From the NCBI GenBank assembly GCA_014804355.1, contig JAAUZY010000006.1, forward strand, positions 25,267-89,266: DNA of 64,000 bases, written 5' to 3'. The notes beneath the pieces were generated by a model. It made no database searches, had not been told where the DNA came from, and saw only the letters and a program-made list of their open reading frames with translations. This DNA is from Lachnospiraceae bacterium. Lineage in GTDB: Bacteria > Bacillota > Clostridia > Lachnospirales > Lachnospiraceae. Made by a program: the position numbers and the translations under genes. Shown here piece after piece: positions 50,401 through 58,036 of this stretch (positions within the stretch are counted from its first letter, which is position 1; every line of letters begins with the position of its first letter).

Positions 50401-50591
50401 TTGAAGACACAGATTTATCTATGGCGGTGAATCATGCAGGATACCAGACGGTATATTGTCCGTATTTGAATATTATGCATTTACCCCATCAAACGACCAA
50501 TTCAGGTTCAAAGGGACATAAGGAGCTGTTAGAGCGCAATGGAAAATACTTTATTGCCAAATGGAAAGAAAAAGGAACACAGAATGTGTAA
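47475..50591 (+). CDS. Multidomain SAM methyltransferase - coiled coil - GT-B glycosyltransferase - GT2 glycosyltransferase
   Basis: LCDLGCAEG (SAM motif I), heptad-rich E/K/L segment, GGGQRCSQLA and SPLKIFEY, SVIVLN/FLDSD/GGFDE/EDTDL; SD GAAGGAG. Confidence 0.82.
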   Translation: MKKYAVNSLEYWNSRFETSDWEDSSGREQSEYFAKTAMGMIPEWLIRDAAKYEYSLCDLGCAEGDAIPFLKECFPASEIVGADFAEKAIEKARNKYEFAEFMTVDIFQNENDIAYDIIFCSNVIEHFPVFRETLKRVCSFSKLYTIIMCPLRESFEVPEHEVIINTDMIPCIIENNYLIYAHSVKGDINYYGGEQLLLIYSKKPEDQKIVNLSNLADQMRSVALNDTEKSWKIMNDELYLERENTKVLSKKLIDSGEQLHRLECELNHKENALQIEIERRSAIESNLLVEKDRQNIQQEMLDIVREIENKIYECKDDADKYRWNEELEQLEQRKQKLEQDICRLDKSYLLDQTHTITERLMDTKAYLIALGLRRFDNQMVKGTFAEKKDFMKYVMNKIFHTHFSCKGIRDYDPLLLADRYIQELQALKKTVTSEESTVNAGVSPCVKDTCQIFIFAGVPFYDVGGGQRCSQLAKTFDKMGYEVHYIYAYESSESKKYNLFNPAVTHLYLHSISEEWLMKKLGGNVLFIFEVPYKGFVPYLKLGKRCGITTVYEHIDNWETSIGSLLYDKDSFQTFIGESDCLIATSIELVKQLRQYTDKEVEYLPNAVDITVFEPAYVTEKPEDLVKGKDKTLLYFGSLWGEWFDWNLLVKVAEGCADCSFNIIGDFTTIAERMNQFPDNMHFLGLKKQVELPAYLKEADLAILPFKNCEIGKYVSPLKIFEYIAMGKYVLSEPLPDVIGYPNTFCSDRADEWIRVIHGEVKIENYSEFISMNHWYERCNRILYLTDKYYLDSDKYIGRISVIVLNHNNDRVIHKCVNSLLLHNTRYQYEVIVVDNNSEDNSVEKLRCNFSNKIKIIQNSKNGCSSGRNLGVENALGDIIVFLDSDQWVISDTWLDAGLYILEHRGSVGAVSWGAGWFVNSDCTGPIVDYFENRAITPEKLYRDDLSYLATSGFIISKQLFNQIGGFDEAYDPTCFEDTDLSMAVNHAGYQTVYCPYLNIMHLPHQTTNSGSKGHKELLERNGKYFIAKWKEKGTQNV

Positions 50592-52362
50592 AAAGTATTT
50601 CGGATACATATGGATGTTCATTTTAGTTACGATAGAGTTTTTGCAGGCTGAATTTAGCTGTGGGATGAAAAATAATATTGTCTCAATGGAGTTTAAATAT
50701 ATATGCATTAATTGGATCGTAATATGCTTTTTTAATATGCTTATTCTATTGGCAGTAGAGAGGGTATGGCTGACTACGCTCATTTCAGAACTGTTTTGCG
50801 TGACAGTCAGCGTGGTCAATTATTATGTTATTCTGTATCATGGAATGCCTTTATCTGTCAGTGAATTGAAGAATCTAAAAACAGCACTGTATGTTGCGGG
50901 ATCTTATTCGTATCATATCGACGGTATTGTACTAAGTATTTTGGCCGGTTTTCTTATTAGTCTCTGTATATCGATTTTACTAAAAAAAGAACAGATTATA
51001 ATAAAAAGAAAGATCAGTGCGGGCGGTTTGATAATCGGGCTTGGAGTTATATACATTAGCTTTTTCAGTCCGAATTCAGTGAAACCTAAAGTGACTATAG
51101 GCTGGTCATGGAAAGAGGCTTGCAGAGAATATGGATATATTTCGTATTTAGTCGAGGATGTCTATGGAAAGAAAACAGGAGTGATAAAACCGGAGCATTA
51201 CAGCTTGGAGACGGTAGAAGAAAAATGTAGCGAATACAAAGAGCGTCAGTCAAGCCAGTGTAATGAGTTGCCGGATGTTATTTTAATTCTGAATGAGACT
51301 TTTTATGATCTGCACCAAGTTGTAAATTTCCAGACAGATCAGGATTACCTGACCAATATTAAATGTATTGAGGATATGGCGTGTGGATATGCGGTTTCTC
51401 CTGCATTGATGGGAGGTACAAATGGGGCAGAATATGAGGTCCTTACGAGCAATTCCCTATATTTAATTAAACAGGGAGCTCCATTTAACAGTTTAGAGTT
51501 GGAGAATTCAAGCAGTTTGGCGGGATATTTAAGATCATTGGGATATAGTACGCTTGGCACTCATTCCGAAACAGGAACAAACTATAACCGGATATACGGA
51601 TATAACGCATTAGGATTTGAGGAAGTAAAATTTCAGGAAGATTATGAGAACTGCTGGTCCTATGACGGCAGAATGTATAAAAGCGATTATAGCGTATATG
51701 AAAATATTAAGAAGTGGTATACGGAGATGGGAGATCGCCCTCGGTTTGTGTATTGTTTGACGATTCAAAATCATGGCGGCTGGGATATGGGTTCGGAAGA
51801 GTTTGATACAATTCATGTGACAGAAGGTGATGTTGGAGAAACAGATATTATTAATGAATATTTAACGAGCATATCTCATTCTGACGAGGCATTCAGTGAT
51901 TTCATAGAATATTTCAAAACAATTACGGACAGAAAAGTAGTTGTTTGTATGTTGGGAGACCATGCACCAAGCTTTGCCGCATCAATAGCAACCCCGGAGT
52001 ATTCAGAGGCTGAAAGAAACATGTTGTTAGGTGCGACACCTTTATATATCTGGTCAAATTATGAATTGGAGAATATGGATTTAGGTTATATGAGTATGCA
52101 TTATGTCGCGCCTACTTTGTTGGACGCGGCAGGTATTCCGATGTCTCCGTATTATATGTATTTGATGGATACAAAACGGGAGGTTCCAATAATTGCGTCT
52201 TGGGGCAAATATTATGACAAAGATTATGAATGCTATGATATTGGCGGAGGAAAATATTCACAGGTCGTAGATGATTATTTCTGCGTAGAATACAATAATA
52301 TAAAAGGAGAACATGAAAGAGTCTCCGATTTTTATAAATTGGATTATTTGGCGACTGAATGA
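50584..52362 (+). CDS. LTA synthase (LtaS)/sulfatase family membrane protein
   Basis: N-terminal TM segments, LILNETF, GGTNGAEYEVLT, TIQNHG, GDHAP. Confidence 0.85.
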   Translation: MCKKYFGYIWMFILVTIEFLQAEFSCGMKNNIVSMEFKYICINWIVICFFNMLILLAVERVWLTTLISELFCVTVSVVNYYVILYHGMPLSVSELKNLKTALYVAGSYSYHIDGIVLSILAGFLISLCISILLKKEQIIIKRKISAGGLIIGLGVIYISFFSPNSVKPKVTIGWSWKEACREYGYISYLVEDVYGKKTGVIKPEHYSLETVEEKCSEYKERQSSQCNELPDVILILNETFYDLHQVVNFQTDQDYLTNIKCIEDMACGYAVSPALMGGTNGAEYEVLTSNSLYLIKQGAPFNSLELENSSSLAGYLRSLGYSTLGTHSETGTNYNRIYGYNALGFEEVKFQEDYENCWSYDGRMYKSDYSVYENIKKWYTEMGDRPRFVYCLTIQNHGGWDMGSEEFDTIHVTEGDVGETDIINEYLTSISHSDEAFSDFIEYFKTITDRKVVVCMLGDHAPSFAASIATPEYSEAERNMLLGATPLYIWSNYELENMDLGYMSMHYVAPTLLDAAGIPMSPYYMYLMDTKREVPIIASWGKYYDKDYECYDIGGGKYSQVVDDYFCVEYNNIKGEHERVSDFYKLDYLATE

Positions 52363-52442
52363 TAATAAAAAGAAAAGTTTGTTGGATAACGGATAATGTA
52401 TTGAACCGTCTATCGAGTATTCTTTGGATATAGTATATTAGT

Positions 52443-52492
52443 GATCCACGGGAGAGCAATGACAATCACATGTTCAAGGCTTCCCGTGGATC
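52443..52492. terminator. Hairpin between convergent genes
   Basis: GATCCACGGGA / TCCCGTGGATC 11-bp perfect inverted repeat with a 28-nt spacer. Confidence 0.55.
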
Positions 52493-52500
52493 TGTTCATG

Positions 52501-52689
52501 CTATTCAAAGGAAATATTGTGTTGTTTTAAAAGCTCCTTTAAATAATTATTTTGCGAAGACAGCTGTGCGATTGAAGCGGACAGTTCGTCGATTCTGGGT
52601 TGATAATAATCAGCAGATTCTTTCTTTGCTTTGGCAATGATCTCCTCTGAACTTGTTCCAAATAGATTTAAAAGTCCTTCACATACCAT
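52501..52689 (-). CDS. Candidate nested small protein, 62 aa, in frame with the nuclease
   Basis: AAGGAGG (52703-52697), 7 nt spacer, ATG at 52689: MVCEGLLNLFGTSSEE...KQHNISFE. Confidence 0.55.
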   Translation of the reverse strand: MVCEGLLNLFGTSSEEIIAKAKKESADYYQPRIDELSASIAQLSSQNNYLKELLKQHNISFE

Positions 52690-53385
52690 AAGTGATCCTC
52701 CTTCCGTTTTAAGATTGGCTGTAATCAGTTGGTTTAAGTATTTTATGTAGATATCTCTGTCACAATGTCTGGCATAGTCATTGACAAGTCGATTGGCGAG
52801 ATCAGTGTCTGTCAGGTTATTAGTCAAGCACCGCAGATAGAGGTTTTCCTCTGGCGGTAATTTATTGGTAACGATAATCTGTACATCAAATATCTCTATA
52901 CTGATATGATATATCCCTTCGGAGGTTTTTTCAACTATTAATTGCCGCTCTTCCGTCAAATGATTAATTAGTTTTCGTGGGTAGTGGAAAGTCAGGAAGG
53001 TTAAGCTGATATCCAGTGAAGTATATTGTTCCGGATGGGTGTTATTAAGTTGGTCAATCAGAAGTCCGGCATAGCCAATAGTTTTATAATAGGCATTGAC
53101 CGTTAGGGAGGAATGAATGCCCTTGCATTCAACGAGGTTGTAAGTCTTGAAAATACACGCAATGTTTTTGGGTATAACCTGACCGGACAATTTCTTAACA
53201 ATAAGAAGATCGATACGGTAGTAATTCTTGCCCAGTTTGTATTCAGTTAGAAACTGCAACAGTTTGGCGTAGTCGCGAAGCTCGATCTCTATAGCGCATG
53301 TGACTGCCTCGTGCCAGTTAACATGATGTTTGTATAGTGTGTTGACCGATGAAAGGAGCGCTGAAGTGTCGTTTGTGCGATTCAT
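52501..53385 (-). CDS. Orphan PD-(D/E)XK-like nuclease with coiled-coil C-terminus
   Basis: RIDLLIVKK...NLVECKG pattern; SD AGAAAGG before ATG 53385; upstream TTGCCC-18-TATACA with extended TG. Confidence 0.65.
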   Translation of the reverse strand: MNRTNDTSALLSSVNTLYKHHVNWHEAVTCAIEIELRDYAKLLQFLTEYKLGKNYYRIDLLIVKKLSGQVIPKNIACIFKTYNLVECKGIHSSLTVNAYYKTIGYAGLLIDQLNNTHPEQYTSLDISLTFLTFHYPRKLINHLTEERQLIVEKTSEGIYHISIEIFDVQIIVTNKLPPEENLYLRCLTNNLTDTDLANRLVNDYARHCDRDIYIKYLNQLITANLKTEGGSLMVCEGLLNLFGTSSEEIIAKAKKESADYYQPRIDELSASIAQLSSQNNYLKELLKQHNISFE

Positions 53386-53740
53386 AGAAATGCCTTTCTT
53401 TAAGATGTCCGACAGATATGGGAACGCCGGTAATATAAGATAAAATAGAATAATAGATTTAATATGATATATGTATATCACAGATTGAGAAGAAAGGGCA
53501 AGTTTTTGTGAAAAATATAGTGTAGAAAAAAGAAAGACAAGAATTTGATAAGAGAAATGATATTTCAAGATATAGTAGGTTAGGATTTCTATATGGATCA
53601 TTGATAACAAAGTCTTGTATTGTGCAAGTTTCTAATTATTGACGCCTTTGCTTCAATTCTTTACAAGAAAGCGGAAAAAAGATATACTGAAAGAGCAGTG
53701 CAAAAGTTACTACTGTTCATGAGTAAGAGGAATCAGGTCG

Positions 53741-55102
53741 ATGGGAGAGCAGGATAAAGAACAAAGCGGCATAGAGCAGGGCGCGGCCAAGGAACAGGCA
53801 GAATATACGCCGCCTGTACAGCCGGATTTTCTGCGTGAAACGATAAAACAGAAGCCGGTCAACAAGAAGAAGCTGATCAGAAGAACCGTGATCACGGTAG
53901 TGATGGCAGTTGTTTTCGGTCTGGTGGCATGTGTGACATTCCTGGTACTTGAGCCTGTTATCAGCAATCGTCTGTACCCGGAAGAGGAAGCAGAGGAAGT
54001 GCAGTTTCCGGAAGAGACGGCGACGGAAGAAATGAAGCCTGAGGATATGCTGGTGGAGGAAGAGAAAGAGCCTGAGGTAGAGATCGTGCAGGCGGAGCTG
54101 GAAGATGAGCAGATCGAAAAACTGCTGTCACAGGTACAGTTTGGAATGGAAGATTATCAGGCGCTGTACGGGGAATTGGCGGAGCTGGCACAGATGGCAG
54201 GACGGTCCATTGTGACCGTAACCGGGGTCGTGTCGGACGTTGACTGGTTCAATGACATTTATGAAAACGAGGCTTCTGCTTCGGGAATTATTGTAGCGAA
54301 TAACGGTAAGTCTATTTTGATCTTAGTCAGCGGCGGAACGCTGAATAATGTGGATAGTATTATCGTGACATTCTGCGATCAGGCGAAAGTCAATGCGGAA
54401 CTTGTACAGAAAGATGTCACCACGGGGCTGGCAGTCCTCTCGGTGCCGCTTATGAGCATAGAGGAAGAGACGATGGACGTTATAGACATTGCGAATCTGG
54501 GCAGTTCCAATAACAGCAATCTTCTTGGTACGCCTGTCATGGCGCTGGGCAGTCCGATGGGGACAAGCGGGTCGGTCTGTTACGGTGTAGTGACTTCCGC
54601 GGGAACAGTGCTGGATCAGCCCGATTCCGCATATAAGACGATTACAACGGATATATATGCCAGCCGTAATGCGACGGGGGTGCTCGTCAATCTGAAAGGG
54701 ATGGTCATCGGCATTATTGACAATGTCAACACAAGCAACGATATGGGAAATCTGTTGACTGCATACGGCATATCCGAGTTGAAGAGAACGATCGAGAAGA
54801 TGTCCAATGATAAGGAAAGAGCTTATCTTGGTATCCGTGGTACTGATGTGCCGAAAGAGGCAAGCGAGGAACTGAATATCCCGCAGGGCGCGTATATTAA
54901 AGGGATCGAGATGGATTCTCCCGCAATGGCAGCAGGGATTCAGAGCGGTGACGTGGTGGTGCAGATCAATGAGACACCGGTAAACACTTATAACGACCTG
55001 CTTACGGTTCTGTATAATGCCAATCCGGAGGATACGCTGACTTTCATGCTGATGCGGCAGGGACGAGAGATGAACGCAACAGTAACATTGGGAACGAGAT
55101 AG
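53741..55102 (+). CDS. HtrA-like trypsin-fold/PDZ membrane protein, apparently lacking the catalytic triad
   Basis: TM anchor, ASGIIV, MALGSPMG, C-terminal PDZ (SPAMAAGIQSGDVV); TNxH, DLA and GNSGG motifs are degenerate. Confidence 0.8.
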   Translation: MGEQDKEQSGIEQGAAKEQAEYTPPVQPDFLRETIKQKPVNKKKLIRRTVITVVMAVVFGLVACVTFLVLEPVISNRLYPEEEAEEVQFPEETATEEMKPEDMLVEEEKEPEVEIVQAELEDEQIEKLLSQVQFGMEDYQALYGELAELAQMAGRSIVTVTGVVSDVDWFNDIYENEASASGIIVANNGKSILILVSGGTLNNVDSIIVTFCDQAKVNAELVQKDVTTGLAVLSVPLMSIEEETMDVIDIANLGSSNNSNLLGTPVMALGSPMGTSGSVCYGVVTSAGTVLDQPDSAYKTITTDIYASRNATGVLVNLKGMVIGIIDNVNTSNDMGNLLTAYGISELKRTIEKMSNDKERAYLGIRGTDVPKEASEELNIPQGAYIKGIEMDSPAMAAGIQSGDVVVQINETPVNTYNDLLTVLYNANPEDTLTFMLMRQGREMNATVTLGTR

Positions 55103-55242
55103 GCTGTACAGTTATGCCGGGGTGGGCTTATGCCATCGGCAATCGGAGACTCCGCATAGGTTGTGTCTGCGCGCATTTGACACAAGCCTGTATTATGAGG
55201 CGCTTCGATAGAATAAAAATTATGCGTAGAAATGAGGATAGG

Positions 55243-56187
55243 ATGAAGTATATTAAGGATTATAAAGAGGGCGACAGAGTATTTGATATCTATCTGTGCA
55301 AACATAAGCAGTCCGCGGTTACGAAGAACGGCAAACCATATGACAACGTGATCCTGCAGGATAAGACAGGAACCGTGGATGCTAAAATATGGGATCCTAA
55401 TAATGCAGGAATCGAGGATTTCGATACATTAGATTACATAGAAGTGTATGGGGATGTAACCAGCTTTCAAGGAGCCAATCAGGTTAATGTGAAACGCATC
55501 CGCAAGTGCAATGAGGGTGAATATGATCCCGCAGATTATCTTCCTGTAAGCAAATATCCGATCGAGGATATGATGAAAGAGCTGCTTGCGCTGATCGACA
55601 GCATCGGGAATCCTTATCTGAAGAAATTGCTGCAGGCTTTTTTCGTGGAAGATGAGGCATTTGTGAAGGTATTTAAACAATCTTCTGCGGCGAAGACGGT
55701 GCACCATGGTTTTGTGGGCGGACTGCTGCAGCACACGCTTGCAGTGGCGAGGCTGTGCGATTATTTCAGCAGTCAATATGCCGTTTTGAACAGAGATCTT
55801 CTGCTGACGGCGGCGATCTGTCATGATATCGGCAAGACGAAAGAGTTGTCTCTTTTCCCGCAGAATGATTATACGGACGACGGACAGTTTCTCGGGCATA
55901 TTGTAATCGGCAGTGAGATGATCGGGGAGAAGATCAGGATGATAGACGGATTCCCGGCGTTGCTTGCAGGGGAACTGAAACACTGCATTCTGGCACATCA
56001 CGGGGAGTATGAGTTCGGATCACCCAAGAAACCTGCTATTGTGGAAGCGATCGCGCTGACCTTTGCGGATAATACCGATGCGAAGATGGAGACCTTCACG
56101 GAACTTCTGGAAAGTACGAATGAGACGGGGTGGCTTGGATATAACAGGCTGTTTGAGTCTAATGTGAGAGGGACGAAGGTAGAGTAG
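55243..56187 (+). CDS. yhaM: 3'-5' exoribonuclease YhaM-like (OB fold plus HD domain)
   Basis: LQDKTGTVDAKIW, AAKTVHHGFVGGLLQH, CHDIGK, ILAHHG. Confidence 0.85.
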   Translation: MKYIKDYKEGDRVFDIYLCKHKQSAVTKNGKPYDNVILQDKTGTVDAKIWDPNNAGIEDFDTLDYIEVYGDVTSFQGANQVNVKRIRKCNEGEYDPADYLPVSKYPIEDMMKELLALIDSIGNPYLKKLLQAFFVEDEAFVKVFKQSSAAKTVHHGFVGGLLQHTLAVARLCDYFSSQYAVLNRDLLLTAAICHDIGKTKELSLFPQNDYTDDGQFLGHIVIGSEMIGEKIRMIDGFPALLAGELKHCILAHHGEYEFGSPKKPAIVEAIALTFADNTDAKMETFTELLESTNETGWLGYNRLFESNVRGTKVE

Positions 56188-56212
56188 GATAGCGAAAGAG
56201 GTATGACGACCT

Positions 56213-57775
56213 ATGGATTACGGAAAGTATCAGAAAAATGATATTGTCACGGTCACGATAGAGGATATCGGTAATGACGGTGAAGGAATCGGCAAGGCGG
56301 AAGGATATACGCTTTTCGTAAAAGATGCGGTTATCGGTGATGTGGTGGAGGCGAGGATCACCAAATGTAAGAAGAATTATGGTTATGCGAGAGTAGAGAA
56401 GGTGGTAACGCCTTCTTCTTTTCGTGTGGAACCAAAGTGCAGATTCCACAGACAGTGCGGTGGCTGTCAGATTCAGGCTATGAGCTATGACCGGCAGTTA
56501 ATCTATAAACAGGATAAGGTACGGGGAAATCTGATCCGCATCGGCGGATTTGCGCCGGAGCTGGTGGATGCTGTGACGGAACCGATCGTCGGCATGGAGG
56601 AGCCGTGGCACTACCGCAATAAGGCGCAGTATCCGGTAGGATATGATAAGGACGGTAATCTTGTCACCGGTTTCTATGCGGGCAGGACACATGACATTAT
56701 AGCAAATACTGACTGCGCGTTAGGTGCGACTGAGAATCAGGCCATTCTTGAGGCGGTTTTAGACTATATGCGGGAAAAACATGTAACTGCATATCGTGAG
56801 GCAGAGGGCATCGGGCTGGTGCGCCATGTGCTGATCCGGACGGGATTTCAGTCGGGGGAAATCATGGTGTGTATTGTGATTAACGGGAGGAAGCTGCCGG
56901 CAGAGGAGAGGCTGGTTGAGAGGTTGACAGGGCTTAGATTCTCGTATGGTGAAAGAAGAATGACAAGTATCTCTGTCAGCATCAACACCGAGAAGACAAA
57001 CGTAATTATGGGGAAGGAAATTCGAGTGATCTGGGGGCAGGATCGGATTCATGATACTTTGGGTGGAATATCTTTTGCGATTTCTCCATTGTCCTTCTAT
57101 CAGGTCAATCCCGTGCAGACAGAGAAATTGTATGCTCTCGCACTGGATTATGCCGGATTGACAGGGAAAGAGACCGTCTGGGACTTGTACTGCGGAATCG
57201 GAACGATATCCCTCTTTATGGCGAAGAAGGCAAAGCAGGTGTACGGCGTGGAAGTAGTTCCAGAGGCGCTTGCGGATGCCGGAGAGAATGCCCGCGATAA
57301 TGGGATCAGTAACGTGCAGTTCTTTGTTGGAAAGGCGGAAGAAATACTGCCGGCATTTTATGAGGGGAAATTGAATACGGATGGTGTGTCGGGAGAGGGA
57401 ACCGGCAAGGAAATAGGATTAACGGACGAGCAGATGCGGCATCCCGACGTGATCGTGGTAGATCCGCCGCGTAAGGGATGTGACGAGAAGTGTCTGGAGA
57501 CAATGCTTGCGATGAAACCGGATAGAATCGTGTATGTGAGCTGCGACTCGGCGACACTGGCGAGAGATGTGAAAGTACTGTGTGAAGGCGGGTATGAGTT
57601 GAAGAGAGTGCGGGCTGTGGATCAGTTTGGGCATAGTGTGCATACAGAATGTGTCTGTCAGCTTGTGAGAAAAGATACAGATGGCAGTATAGTAGGGAAT
57701 GCAGAGAGTACGGTGAAGAAAAAAGTAAATTATCGTGAAGAAGAGATACCGGATTGTGGGTGTATTTATGGATAA
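56213..57775 (+). CDS. rlmD: 23S rRNA (uracil(1939)-C5)-methyltransferase
   Basis: TRAM domain, CGGCQ, YRNK, SFYQVN, DLYCGIG, VDPPRKG, YVSC, VDQF. Confidence 0.93.
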   Translation: MDYGKYQKNDIVTVTIEDIGNDGEGIGKAEGYTLFVKDAVIGDVVEARITKCKKNYGYARVEKVVTPSSFRVEPKCRFHRQCGGCQIQAMSYDRQLIYKQDKVRGNLIRIGGFAPELVDAVTEPIVGMEEPWHYRNKAQYPVGYDKDGNLVTGFYAGRTHDIIANTDCALGATENQAILEAVLDYMREKHVTAYREAEGIGLVRHVLIRTGFQSGEIMVCIVINGRKLPAEERLVERLTGLRFSYGERRMTSISVSINTEKTNVIMGKEIRVIWGQDRIHDTLGGISFAISPLSFYQVNPVQTEKLYALALDYAGLTGKETVWDLYCGIGTISLFMAKKAKQVYGVEVVPEALADAGENARDNGISNVQFFVGKAEEILPAFYEGKLNTDGVSGEGTGKEIGLTDEQMRHPDVIVVDPPRKGCDEKCLETMLAMKPDRIVYVSCDSATLARDVKVLCEGGYELKRVRAVDQFGHSVHTECVCQLVRKDTDGSIVGNAESTVKKKVNYREEEIPDCGCIYG

Positions 57776-58036
57776 ACAGGGAAAAGCGATGAGGCGTAAT
57801 GCTATGTTTGTGTTATTTGTGTAATATAGCATTGGTGCTGGTGAGTAAAAAGAGTTGATTATGAGCAAAAGTCGGGCCGAAAAAGGACGGGTTTTGCTCT
57901 ATTTTTTTGTCTGATTTAACATATAAAATGTTTAATTCTGAACATAACAAGTATTTTTTTTCATAACAGAAAAAACAATTTTTATGTAAGATAGTCCATA
58001 ACTCAATTATATAAAATTAAAAAAGGAGACGAGCAT

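Noticed and set aside
52501-53610. Long 369-aa version of the nuclease ORF from the ORF track
   Set aside because: The upstream extension is AT-rich promoter sequence; the SD and promoter support ATG 53385.
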